From a virus (taxonomy: Duplodnaviria; Caudoviricetes), in IMG/VR virus record IMGVR_UViG_3300020396_000292, positions 1 through 55,056 of that record: DNA of 55,056 bases; one strand, given 5' to 3'. The translations under genes and the position numbers were made by a program. This document shows, piece by piece, positions 16,861 through 27,800 of the stretch (position 1 is its first letter; every line of letters starts with the position of its first letter). The notes below the pieces were generated by a model, which ran no database searches, was not told the DNA's origin, and saw only the letters and a program-made list of their open reading frames with translations.

Positions 16861-19296
16861 ATGAAAGAAGTTAAGATAGATATTTCATCTGTAGGATTCC
16901 CTAGTCAATTTGTATCAGATGCCGAAAAAGCCACTGATGAGTTTGGCTTACAGATAGGGCAAGCGATACAGTATGAGTGGTTTAAGAAAGATGGCAATGG
17001 AAGTAGATACTACGGACAGTGGAGAGATTTTCATAGACTTCGTTTATACGCAAGAGGAGAACAGTCTGTTGCAAAATATAAAAATGAACTAGCGGTAGAC
17101 GGAGATTTATCTTACCTAAATCTTGATTGGACGCCTGTTCCTATACTCCCTAAGTTTGTAGATATAGTTGTTAACGGAATGTCCGACAGACTTTTTAAAG
17201 TTAAAGCCTATGCTCAGGACGCTTTGTCTCAGGGAAAAAGAAGCAAGTATCAAGATGTAGTTGAAGCTCAAATGGCAGCTAAAGACCTTCTTCTTGATAT
17301 TCAGAAAGCAACAGGAGTAGACCCCTTTACCATGAATCCTGATACGGTCCCTGAGACTGACGAGGAACTTACTTTGTATATGACTCTTAATTATAAACCA
17401 GCTATCGAGATAGCAGAGGAAGAGGCAATTGATACAATGTTTTCGGAGAACCATTACAGTGATGTAAGAAAAAGAATAGACTACGACCTAACTGTTTTAG
17501 GTATTGGTTGTGCAAAGCATGAGTTTCTACCAGGTTCAGGAGTTAAGGTCTCGTATGTAGACCCTGCAAATATTGTATACAGCTATACGGAAGACCCACA
17601 CTTTAAAGATTGTTTTTATTGGGGAGAAGTAAAGGTTCTTCCAATTAATGAGCTTTTAAAAATAGATACAAGCCTTACAAATGAAGACTTAGAAAAAATA
17701 TCTAAGTACAGCCAAAGCTGGTATGACTATTACAATGTTGCCCAGATGCAGCAGAATGATATTTTTACCAGAGACACTGTGACATTGTTATACTTTAATT
17801 ATAAGACCACAAAAAAAATGGTTTATAAGAAAAAAGTTTCTGAAAACGGAAGTGTAAAAATGATTGAGAAGGACGACCAATTTAATCCTCCTGTAGACAT
17901 GATGGATGACGGCAAGTTTGAGAAGGTGTCTAAAACAATTGACGTGTGGTATGACGGTGTGATGGTGATGGGTACGGATATAATTTTAAAATGGGAGCTT
18001 GCTAAGAATATGGTAAGGCCTCAGTCTGCATCTCAGCACGCTATGCCTAATTATGTGGCTGTTGCCCCAAGAATGTATAAGGGTGTTATTGAATCTTTAG
18101 TTAGAAGAATGATTCCGTTTACAGATTTAATACAGCTTACACACCTAAAGTTACAGCAAGTAATTTCAAGAGTTGTTCCAGATGGTGTGTTTATTGATGC
18201 CGATGGGTTAAATGAAGTTGACCTAGGTACAGGAGCTGCATACAACCCTGAAGACGCATTAAGATTATATTTTCAAACTGGTAGTGTGGTGGGGAGAAGT
18301 TACACACAGGACGGAGACTTTAATCAAGCAAGAGTTCCTATACAGCAACTAACATCTAATAGTGGCGCTAGTAAGACTCAGATGCTTATATCTAACTATA
18401 ACCATTACTTAGAAATGATTCGCCAGGTAACAGGCTTAAACGAAGCCAGAGATGGTTCTACTCCTGACCCCAACTCTTTAGTGGGACTACAGAAGCTTGC
18501 GGCTTTAAATTCTAATACAGCAACTAGGCACATACTTCAAGGAAGTTTATACATATATAGAACATTAGCAGAGGCACTAACATATAGAATTGCAGATGTG
18601 TTAGAGTACTCAGATTTTAAAGATGACTTTATTAATAAGATTGGAAAATACAACGTAAGTATCTTAAATGATATTTCAGATTTATATATATACGACTTTG
18701 GAATATTTATAGAGGTAGCGCCTGATGAGGAAGAGAAATCTAAGCTAGAACAAAATATCCAAACAGCTTTATCTAAAGGAGATATTAATCTTGAGGATGC
18801 AATTGATATTAGAGAAATAAGAAACATAAAGCTTGCAAATCAATTATTAAAAGTAAAGAGAAAACAAAAGCAAGACGCAGACCAGAAAGCGGAGATGCTT
18901 TCGCAGCAGATGCAAGCGGCTTCACAATTAAAATCTCAACAGATGGCAGGCCAGATGGCAATGCAGAAATCTCAAGCGGAGATGCAGGCCAAAATGCAAA
19001 TGAAACAAGCGGAGATAGCTTTTGAAATAGAGAAGATGAAAAATCAGGCTGAGCTAAAAAGTATGCTGATGGCTGAAGAGTTTAGCTATAATCAACAGCT
19101 TAATGGAATGGAAGCAGAGGCATTAGCATCAAGAGAAACAAGAAGAGAGGACGCTAAGTCAGGCAGAATTAGTCAAGCTAATCAAGAACAATCAAGGTTA
19201 ATCAATCAAAGAAAAAACAATTTACCACCTCAAAGGTTTGAGTCTAATGAAGACAGCTTAGATGGTTTTGATTTAGCTGAATTCGACCCAAGATAA
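16861..19296 (+). CDS. Portal protein
   Basis: 811 aa directly after terL; PILPKFVDIVV, TGLNEARDG; Q/M-rich coiled C-terminus as in podovirus portals. Confidence 0.85.
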   Translation: MKEVKIDISSVGFPSQFVSDAEKATDEFGLQIGQAIQYEWFKKDGNGSRYYGQWRDFHRLRLYARGEQSVAKYKNELAVDGDLSYLNLDWTPVPILPKFVDIVVNGMSDRLFKVKAYAQDALSQGKRSKYQDVVEAQMAAKDLLLDIQKATGVDPFTMNPDTVPETDEELTLYMTLNYKPAIEIAEEEAIDTMFSENHYSDVRKRIDYDLTVLGIGCAKHEFLPGSGVKVSYVDPANIVYSYTEDPHFKDCFYWGEVKVLPINELLKIDTSLTNEDLEKISKYSQSWYDYYNVAQMQQNDIFTRDTVTLLYFNYKTTKKMVYKKKVSENGSVKMIEKDDQFNPPVDMMDDGKFEKVSKTIDVWYDGVMVMGTDIILKWELAKNMVRPQSASQHAMPNYVAVAPRMYKGVIESLVRRMIPFTDLIQLTHLKLQQVISRVVPDGVFIDADGLNEVDLGTGAAYNPEDALRLYFQTGSVVGRSYTQDGDFNQARVPIQQLTSNSGASKTQMLISNYNHYLEMIRQVTGLNEARDGSTPDPNSLVGLQKLAALNSNTATRHILQGSLYIYRTLAEALTYRIADVLEYSDFKDDFINKIGKYNVSILNDISDLYIYDFGIFIEVAPDEEEKSKLEQNIQTALSKGDINLEDAIDIREIRNIKLANQLLKVKRKQKQDADQKAEMLSQQMQAASQLKSQQMAGQMAMQKSQAEMQAKMQMKQAEIAFEIEKMKNQAELKSMLMAEEFSYNQQLNGMEAEALASRETRREDAKSGRISQANQEQSRLINQRKNNLPPQRFESNEDSLDGFDLAEFDPR

Positions 19297-19324
19297 GTAA
19301 ATAAAATGTAATAATTAATTGTAC

Positions 19325-19332
19325 TATATTTG
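19325..19332 (+). promoter_or_regulatory. -7 promoter element TATATTTG
   Basis: Intergenic before the scaffold and capsid genes. Confidence 0.65.
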
Positions 19333-19349
19333 TACTAAAATTTAATCAA

Positions 19350-20438
19350 ATGGAAATCAAAGTAAGAGAATTAGGTTCTGTAGAAGAAAAATCAGTTGCT
19401 CAAGTAGAGGAAGCTTTAATTGAAAAAGTTGAACAACAACACGAAGAACAAGTACAGCCAGAGGTTGTAGAGCAAGAGTCAGTTTCAGAAGAAGCGGAAC
19501 CTGCTAGATTAGAAGAAAGAGATGTTCTTGAATTTATAAAGAACAGGTATGATAAAGACATATCGTCTGTAGACCAATTGTTTACAGAGAAAGAAGGTAA
19601 TAAAGAGCTACCAGAAGATGTGTCCGCTTATTTTGAATATAAAAAGAAAACTGGTCGTGGTATTGAAGATTATGTTAAATTAAACAGAGACTTTGATTCC
19701 TTAGATGAAGACCAAATTTTAACTGAGTATCTTTTAGCTACCGAAGAAGGTATTGATAAAGAAGACGCTGAGCTTTTAATGGAGGATTATTCCTATGACG
19801 AGGATATAGATGATGAGTCTGATGTTAAAAGAGCTAAGTTAAAAAAGAAAAAGGCTATTGTAAAAGCTAAGAAGTTTTTCAATGAACAAAAAGAAATGTA
19901 TCACCAGCCGCTTGAGTCAAGTGCAACTGGTATTTCTGAGGACAATGAAGACTACAAGGCATACAAGCAATATGTTGAGAATGCAAAGACTCAGTCAGAA
20001 GAACAGTCTAGGAAAGTAGATTTCTTTGAAAAAGAAACTAACAAGGTGTTAAATCAAGACTTTAAAGGTTTTAAGGTTAATATTGATGAAGCTAATTTGT
20101 TATACAATCCAGGAGGTTCTGTGGAGGAAATTAAAAAATCTCAATCAAGCGTTATTAATTTTATTAATAATCATTTGAATGAAGATGGATTAGTTAAAAA
20201 CGCAGCTGAGTACCATAAAGCATTATCAGCAGCAATGAACCCTGATAAATTCGCAAGGTTTTTTTACGAGCAAGGTAAGGCTGCAGCTACGGATAACGTA
20301 ACCAGAAAGATGAAGAACATCGATATGACTACGCGTTCTGCTCCAGAGGTAACCGTAAAAGGTGGAACTAAATATCGTGCAGTAAATGCAAGTGAAGGCA
20401 GAGGGTTAAAGATTAAGAGTATTAAAAGAAAAAATTAA
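19350..20438 (+). CDS. Putative capsid scaffolding protein
   Basis: Very acidic, helical, between portal and capsid genes. Confidence 0.7.
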   Translation: MEIKVRELGSVEEKSVAQVEEALIEKVEQQHEEQVQPEVVEQESVSEEAEPARLEERDVLEFIKNRYDKDISSVDQLFTEKEGNKELPEDVSAYFEYKKKTGRGIEDYVKLNRDFDSLDEDQILTEYLLATEEGIDKEDAELLMEDYSYDEDIDDESDVKRAKLKKKKAIVKAKKFFNEQKEMYHQPLESSATGISEDNEDYKAYKQYVENAKTQSEEQSRKVDFFEKETNKVLNQDFKGFKVNIDEANLLYNPGGSVEEIKKSQSSVINFINNHLNEDGLVKNAAEYHKALSAAMNPDKFARFFYEQGKAAATDNVTRKMKNIDMTTRSAPEVTVKGGTKYRAVNASEGRGLKIKSIKRKN

Positions 20439-20457
20439 CCACATTAAAAATTAAAAA

Positions 20458-21930
20458 ATGGCAGGACAATTATTAGGACCGAATACTACACCAGTAGGAC
20501 CAGGTTTTCAACTACAGCCAGCACCACAACAGGTGCCATTGGCTACAAATTATATTACTGATTTCAACTTTTTGAATCAGTATTTACCAGACACTTATGA
20601 AAAAGAATTTGAGCGTTATGGTAATAGAACTATCTCTTCTTTCTTACGTTTAGTAGGGGCAGAGTTACCAAGTAACTCAGACTTAGTAAAGTGGGCAGAG
20701 CAAGGGAGATTACACACTAAATATACACAGTGTGGAACTGCAGCAGTTGTTGCTAATGACGTAGTAACATTTGATATTAACGATGCGTTAGTACCAGACA
20801 GAGCAGCAACAGGCTTAACAGCTGGAACTATTGCTATTCGTGTTGGACAAACTTTAGTTGTTACTAACAATGACGGTTCAGGAGAATTCAAAGGAATTGT
20901 AACAGCAGTAGGTGTTGCAGGTGGATTAAACGACAACCAAATAACTGTAGCGTTTTATAACGCACAAGGTTATACAGGTGGTACAGGTGCAGGTAATGCA
21001 GACGTAACTATCTTTATCTACGGTTCTGAATTCAAAAAAGGAAGTAACGGAATGCAAGGTTCTTTAGAGGCTGAAGATGAAATCTTCGACAACTCTCCAA
21101 TCATTATCAAAGATAAGTATGCAGTATCAGGTTCTGATATGGCACAAATCGGATGGATTGAAGTGACTACTGAGAACGGAGCTTCAGGATACCTATGGTA
21201 CTTGAAGTCTGAGCACGAAACTCGTTTACGTTTTGATGACTACCTTGAAACGGCTATGATTGAGGCGGTACCAGCAGAGGCAGGTTCTGGAGCAATTGCA
21301 GCAGGTGGAGATGTAGGAAACAAAGGTTCTGAAGGTATCTTCCACGCAGTGGAAACTAGAGGAAATGTATGGGCTGGTGGAAACCCAGTTGCTCTTCAAG
21401 ACTTTGACAATATAATATCTAGACTTGATAAGCAAGGTTCAATTGAAGAGAACGTACTTTTCTTAAACAGACAGTTTGGATTTGATATTGACGATATGTT
21501 AGCATCACAAAACTCTTATGGAGGAGGAGGTACTTCTTATGGTCTTTTTGACAACGATGAGGAGATGGCTCTTAACTTAGGATTTACAGGATTCCGTAGA
21601 GGTTACGACTTCTACAAGTCTGACTGGAAATACCTAAACGACCCAACTATGCGCGGTGGTCTAACTGGAACAGGAGCTGTAAACGGTTTGTTAGTACCAG
21701 CAGGTTCAACTACTGTTTATGACCAAATCCTTGGAAAGAATGCTAAGCGTCCTTTCTTACATGTACGTTACAGAGCTTCAGAAACTGAAGACAGAAAGTA
21801 CAAGACCTGGATTACAGGTTCAGCTGGTGGTGCAATGACATCTGATTTAGATGCGATGGAAGTAAACTTCCTATCTGAAAGATGTGTATGTACTATGGGT
21901 GCAAACAACTTTGTGATTTTCCAATCATAA
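20458..21930 (+). CDS. Major capsid protein
   Basis: Synteny, size, biased codon use (ttc, aac, cgt), strong hairpin downstream. Confidence 0.85.
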   Translation: MAGQLLGPNTTPVGPGFQLQPAPQQVPLATNYITDFNFLNQYLPDTYEKEFERYGNRTISSFLRLVGAELPSNSDLVKWAEQGRLHTKYTQCGTAAVVANDVVTFDINDALVPDRAATGLTAGTIAIRVGQTLVVTNNDGSGEFKGIVTAVGVAGGLNDNQITVAFYNAQGYTGGTGAGNADVTIFIYGSEFKKGSNGMQGSLEAEDEIFDNSPIIIKDKYAVSGSDMAQIGWIEVTTENGASGYLWYLKSEHETRLRFDDYLETAMIEAVPAEAGSGAIAAGGDVGNKGSEGIFHAVETRGNVWAGGNPVALQDFDNIISRLDKQGSIEENVLFLNRQFGFDIDDMLASQNSYGGGGTSYGLFDNDEEMALNLGFTGFRRGYDFYKSDWKYLNDPTMRGGLTGTGAVNGLLVPAGSTTVYDQILGKNAKRPFLHVRYRASETEDRKYKTWITGSAGGAMTSDLDAMEVNFLSERCVCTMGANNFVIFQS

Positions 21931-21939
21931 ATTAAATAT

Positions 21940-21984
21940 GTAATTACTACCCTTGTTATTGTGACGAGGGTAGTTATTACTTTT
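21940..21984 (+). terminator. Terminator or stabilising hairpin after the capsid gene
   Basis: gtaattactacccttgtta-ttg-tgacgagggtagttattac followed by tttt. Confidence 0.75.
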
Positions 21985-22006
21985 ATTAAATCTAAATTAT
22001 AATTAA

Positions 22007-22759
22007 ATGAAAAAAAATGTAATGGTCAATAAGACCTATAAACTTACCAAAGATGCGGCACCACTTTCTTTTATGCTGCCAACTAGAAACTCAAGAAGAT
22101 ATCCCTTAATGCACTTTGATGAAGACACAGGAACTAACAGAGCTTTACGCTATGCTAGAAACCAGAAGAGTCCTTTTGAAGATGAGCAAGACGGAAACGC
22201 TATTGTAGAGCCAATTGTTTTTGAAGACGGATTCTTATCTGTTCCAAGAAACAATCAGTCTCTTCAACAATTTCTTCATTACCACCCTATGAATGGTAGT
22301 AAATTTGTAGAAGTAGATGTAGAAAAAGATGCTAAGCAGGAGATGGATGTTTTAAATACCAGAGTAGACGCTCTAATAGAGGCTCGTCAGCTAGATATAG
22401 AACAGATTGAGGCTTTAGCTAGAGTTCTTTTTAATACAGATGTATCAAGAACAACGTCTGCAGAACTAAAAAGAGATATATTAATATATGCTGAGCAAGC
22501 ACCAGGAGATTTTTTACGAGCAGTTCAAGACCCAACTTTAAAATTAAATTCTAAAGTACAGGAGTTCTTTTCTCACAAGGTATTAATATTTAAAAATAAT
22601 AAGAAGGATGTATACTTTAATACATCTAAAAATAAGAAAAGAATGGTTAACATTCCTTATGGAGAAGACCCTTTCTACGTAGTAGCTGGGTATCTTCAAT
22701 CCGATGAAGGTATTGAGGTATTAAAATTCCTTGAAACTAACCTTGAAAATAAAAAATAA
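22007..22759 (+). CDS. Conserved hypothetical protein downstream of capsid gene
   Basis: 250 aa ORF in the structural operon. Confidence 0.7.
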   Translation: MKKNVMVNKTYKLTKDAAPLSFMLPTRNSRRYPLMHFDEDTGTNRALRYARNQKSPFEDEQDGNAIVEPIVFEDGFLSVPRNNQSLQQFLHYHPMNGSKFVEVDVEKDAKQEMDVLNTRVDALIEARQLDIEQIEALARVLFNTDVSRTTSAELKRDILIYAEQAPGDFLRAVQDPTLKLNSKVQEFFSHKVLIFKNNKKDVYFNTSKNKKRMVNIPYGEDPFYVVAGYLQSDEGIEVLKFLETNLENKK

Positions 22760-22813
22760 ATTATATATTTGTAAAGTTATTTATAAAGTTATTTGTTTTT
22801 ATTTTAAATTGGG

Positions 22814-22849
22814 AGAAGAGGTCGCTTAAATGCAGCCTCTTTTTTTTTT
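22814..22849 (+). terminator. Rho-independent terminator
   Basis: agaagagg...cctct stem followed by T10. Confidence 0.75.
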
Positions 22850-22852
22850 GCT

Positions 22853-22860
22853 TATCTTTG
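22853..22860 (+). promoter_or_regulatory. -7 promoter element TATCTTTG
   Basis: Immediately after the terminator, 18 nt before 22879. Confidence 0.65.
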
Positions 22861-22878
22861 TTGTAAATAAATAGACAA

Positions 22879-23913
22879 ATGAGTATAATAAATTCAGTGC
22901 GAGAAACAGTACTGTCGGTCCTTAATAAAAATAACTATGGGTATATTACCCCTAGTGATTTTAATTTATACGCTAAGCAGGCACAGCTAGATATTTTTGA
23001 AGATTATTTTTATCAGTACAACTATCAGCTAATGAAGGAGAACGCAAGAGCTTCGGGTGTTGGTTATGCTGATTTAAAGAAAGGTTACGAGGAGGCAATA
23101 GATATTTTTTCAGAACAAAACTTTCTTGTTCCTGTGTATGCGAATGGAGCATCTCAAACATTGGCCTTACCCTCAGCCTCTGCATCATATAGTGTTCCAT
23201 CTACAGCCACTACAGGCTCTGATTATTATTTAATAAACAAGATTTTACTTTTAACCAAGTACCTTGTTGTTCAAAGCACTAACACTGTGGGTTTAGCTAC
23301 TGTTCAATTTACAATGAAAGATTCAACCTTAAATTTCTCAACTGTTGGCGTAAAGCCTGGAGACGTTGTGGTTAACAAAACGACAAGTGAAGTTGCAAGC
23401 GTATTGTTTGTAGACCAAACAGACCCTAGCCTTTTGTATTTAGATGCAGGTATTTTTATAACCATAGGTGATAGCTACTGTATATTAAGTTTGTCAAATG
23501 GAGTAAACGAATGCGAGAAGGTTACTAATAGAAAGATAACTCAATTGAATATGTCTAACTTAACCAAGCCAACAGAGCTTTTTCCTGCATATTCAAATAG
23601 CTCTACTGTGATTCAGGTTTACCCACAGGACATACAAGTTGGTGTTAATGAAGGACAGACTTCTTTAGGAAGAGTTTTATGTCAGTATATAAGATATCCG
23701 AAAGACCCTAAGTGGACGTATGCATCTCTAGTTGGAGGCACACCTGCCTTTAATCCTTCTAGTTCTTTGTATCAGGATTTTGAATTACCCCTTGATGATG
23801 AGCCTAGTTTAGTAAACAAGATACTACAGTACGCAGGAATGTCTATTAGAGAAAATGAGATTGCTCAGTTTGGACAGGTTCTAGATACAACAGATAATCA
23901 AAACGAAAAATAA
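22879..23913 (+). CDS. Putative head-tail adaptor / tail ring protein
   Basis: NKNNYGYITPSDFN..AKQAQL..F, YIRYPKDPKW, DFELP; position in the tail module. Confidence 0.7.
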   Translation: MSIINSVRETVLSVLNKNNYGYITPSDFNLYAKQAQLDIFEDYFYQYNYQLMKENARASGVGYADLKKGYEEAIDIFSEQNFLVPVYANGASQTLALPSASASYSVPSTATTGSDYYLINKILLLTKYLVVQSTNTVGLATVQFTMKDSTLNFSTVGVKPGDVVVNKTTSEVASVLFVDQTDPSLLYLDAGIFITIGDSYCILSLSNGVNECEKVTNRKITQLNMSNLTKPTELFPAYSNSSTVIQVYPQDIQVGVNEGQTSLGRVLCQYIRYPKDPKWTYASLVGGTPAFNPSSSLYQDFELPLDDEPSLVNKILQYAGMSIRENEIAQFGQVLDTTDNQNEK

Positions 23914-24836
23914 TGTCATACCTAAGCGAATATCAGTACTATGAAAATAATGGAAACTCACCAGAAGATGCTAACTGGGGGTCATACCAATACGTAAGCC
24001 TGTATGATATAGTAAACAATTTTATGTTAATGTATGCAGGCAATCACAGTCTAGTAAACAATGAAGAAAGATACAGGGTATTGTTTCATGCTAAGAGAGC
24101 AATACAAGAACTTAACTATGATGCGTTTAAAGAATTAAAGGTTCTTGAGCTAGACGTTTGTGATACACTAAGATATGTTCTTCCTTCAGACTATGTAAAC
24201 TGGGTAAGAATATCTTTATATAAAGATGGTATTCTTAGGCCTTTAACAGAAAACATTCAGACTAACTGGAGTAATGCTTATTTACAGGACAATGATTGTA
24301 GAATACTGTTCGATGAGGATGGAAACATTTTAAAGCCATCTACATCCACGATAGACCTTCAAAGGATAGAAGGTACGAAAAAAAGTATTTACTTAAATGA
24401 GCGCAGTCCTTACAACAACAGAGAAGGGTACTGTATTGATGGGGCCTGGTATTTTGATTACGGTATTGGAGGTGCGTTTGGATTAAACACAGAGACGGCA
24501 AACTTTAATCCGACATTTAAAATAAATAAAAAAGCTGGAGTTATAAACTTTAGCTCTGATATGGCAGGCGAGCTTTGTATACTAGAGTATGTGTCAGACG
24601 GAATGGAGGGTGGAGATGATACCTTAATAAGTGTTAATAAACTATTTGAAGAATATGTTTATGCTTACATTCAGTTTGCTATACTAAACGGAAAGTTTGG
24701 AGTACAAGAATATATTGTAAGCAGAGCAAGAAAAAGAAGTTCAGCTTTATTACGTAACGCTAAATTACGAATTAGCAACATACACCCTGGTCGTTTATTA
24801 CAAAACATTAGAGGTATGGATAAGTGGATTAAATAA
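23913..24836 (+). CDS. Putative tail ring / tubular structural protein
   Basis: LPSDYVNWVRIS, ILEYVSDG; synteny. Confidence 0.7.
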   Translation: MSYLSEYQYYENNGNSPEDANWGSYQYVSLYDIVNNFMLMYAGNHSLVNNEERYRVLFHAKRAIQELNYDAFKELKVLELDVCDTLRYVLPSDYVNWVRISLYKDGILRPLTENIQTNWSNAYLQDNDCRILFDEDGNILKPSTSTIDLQRIEGTKKSIYLNERSPYNNREGYCIDGAWYFDYGIGGAFGLNTETANFNPTFKINKKAGVINFSSDMAGELCILEYVSDGMEGGDDTLISVNKLFEEYVYAYIQFAILNGKFGVQEYIVSRARKRSSALLRNAKLRISNIHPGRLLQNIRGMDKWIK

Positions 24837-24838
24837 AC

Positions 24839-27800
24839 ATGGCAGAAGTTACTAGAAATTTTATTACAGGGCGAATGAATAAAAGCGTTGATGAACGCTT
24901 ATTGCCTAATGGTGAGTACGTTGATGCCTTAAACGTAAGGCTTGGCTCTACAGAAGACTCAGAGATAGGCTCTGTTGAGAACGCAAAAGGGAATACTAGA
25001 TTGACTAGCTTAAGTATAAACGGGATTCCGTTAAGCGAACAGGCTAAGTGTATAGGTGCTTTTGAAGACGGACAAAGAGAAACTATATACTGGTTTATTC
25101 ATGACTCATCCTTTAATAGTGGGATAGCTGACCTAGTGGTATCTTTTAACGTAACACAAACACTGCTTACATATCATGTTGTAACAACTTCAAGTCCTTT
25201 AGTTCCAGACGATATATCAGTTCTTAATTTTAATTCTAGATTTTTAATTACAGGTGTAAATAGAGTTGAAGACTTATTGTTCTGGACTGACAACTATAAT
25301 CAGCCAAGGGTTATAAACATTAAAAGAAACTATGATTCATTTGCTGTTGACTTAGCTGAACAGTTATTAGTTATTAAAAAACCACCTACACAGGCACCAA
25401 CTTTCGAGCTGGTTAATGTTGGTGGTGAAGAGAATTTTCTAGAAGAAAGATTTATAACATTCGCATACAGGTACAGGTACGAGGACGGAGAGTACTCTGC
25501 GTTATCTCAGTTCAGCGAGCCAGCATTTGTCCCTAAGAACTTTGAGTATACTATAGACTCAGGATTAAATGAAGGAATGATAAACGCTTTTAATAGCGCC
25601 AATGTTGCATTCAATACTGGAGGGAGATTAGTTAAATCTGTAGAGGTTGTATTTAAAGAAACGACAAGCAATGTTATAAAGTCAATTGAATTATTTAATA
25701 AACAAAACTTAGGGTACGCAGACAATACTAATTATACTTTAAGTTTTAACAACAGTAAAATATACACAGTTCTTAATGCAACGCAGCTTGTTAGAATGTT
25801 TGATAATGTTCCGCTAAAAGCTCAGGCTCAAACAGTTATGGGCAACCGTTTAATATATGGAAACTATGTGGACGGGTACGACCTGGAGGACTTAAACCAG
25901 AACCCTATAAGACTAGAATATTTTACGGAACTTATTTCTGAAGAAATTGGTATTGGAGAATTTCCAGACGACAGCACTTCTTATCTTTACTCTATTGATG
26001 TTCAGAGAAACACTCCAGATGCAGTAGCGATTTTTGACCTTGCTGATGTTGAACTAAAGGCAGGCGCAACTTTGTTTTTTGAGATTAGATATGGTCATGA
26101 AGGCTTCAGTGGCGACCAGCCTCACCCAACTCAAACATCAAATAACTTAGAGCTAGACTTTTCTTTTAATCTTCCTGTTGATTTTAACAGTGTTTATGAT
26201 TTATCTATTGACCCATCGTTTGTTAATCTTTTAGGAACAGCGGCAAACATAAAACCTGTGTTTGATAATATACCAGGAAATGAAACCTCTTGTGATGGTA
26301 ACACCATAACAGATAATTTTAATTGTTTTATACCTAACAACCTGGACACGCTAACTAAATTTGCTAGTGGTATTAGTGGGGAATTGCAGCCAATAAGAAT
26401 AATAAGCTCTCCGTCAAGCACAGAGATAGGTATTGTTCCTATTGCTATGAGGTTTGTTGATGATGTAAACAATCCAACACAAGATGTATATGAGTACTAT
26501 AAAGTAAATTCATCAAGCGGTACTTTTTTAAGCACAGGAAACCCAAAAAGTCTTCATAGTGATAGAGACTATGAGGTAGGTATTGTATATATGGATGAGT
26601 TTAATCGTTCTAGTACAGCTCTAGTTAGCCCTCTGAACACAGTTCATGTGGGCTGCTCAAAATCTGCAACACAGAACACTGTGCAGGTTACTATTCCACA
26701 ATCACAGCTTGCGCCCTCTTGGGCTGATAGATATAAGTTTGTTATGAAGCCTGACTTTGAGGACTACAATACAGTGTTTACAAATCTTTTCATAGCTGAC
26801 TCCACAACGTCTGCGGTATTCTTTTTATTAGAAGGGGAGAACGCGAGAAAGGTTCAGGAAGGAGATAGGCTAAGGGTAAAGGCTGACACAAGCGGTGTAA
26901 CATCTAGATGTCAGTACGCTACTGTATTAACTAAGACTGCTGAGACTAGGGATTTTATAGAGCCAGCACCTGTAACATCAGGAGGTGAGGATATTCCAGT
27001 ACCTGCAGGGACTTACATGAAAATTATTCCTAATGACTTTACAGTAATAGAAGCTGATTTACCAGTTATACTAGAAGGAGCTAAAAGTAATTGCGCTAAA
27101 AGAGGAGGTCAGCATCCAAGGTTGCTGTATCCTGTAAGTATTCCAGACCCACTTAATCCTGGGTTCCATTTACAGTACGACATACCTCAGGGGTCTAGGG
27201 TAAATATAAATGTTACATTTAACAGGAACGGAACTAATGGGAAGTGTGAAAAAAGAGCGTATATTTTAGAGCTTAGATTAGTAGCCTCCCAGGACTACGA
27301 TAATTTTAAAGAATTTTTTGATGGAGACAATGTCGAGGCAAGGCTTGATGGCGGTAGGGTTGAGGTGGCTGGAGACCAGGATTGTCCTCCTCCTTACTTT
27401 GCTAATTTCTATAACAATCAACTTGGGCAACTCACACCGCAGATGCCTGAGGATAGATGTATTTATCAGTGGCAGTTTATAGAAGGTAACGAAAGTGGGA
27501 CTGTAGGAGACCCTACAAATTCATTGTTCTTAGGTCTTGTAGGAACAAATAGCTGTTCAGGTGCTGCTAGTAATCAGAAGAGACGCGCATGTATTGACGC
27601 TACAATTGAAGTATTCAGAGCTGAGACCACGCTAGTTTTTGAAACAGAGCCTCAGGATGCTACTCCTGATTTGTGGTATGAATCAGCTGATGTTTATAGT
27701 ATTGATAAAAGTACTGGAGCACATGAAGGTAATATACAGAATCAGACCGCGACTCAGCCAGCTATTATAAAAACTGATTTCTTTAATTGTTTTTCTTTTG

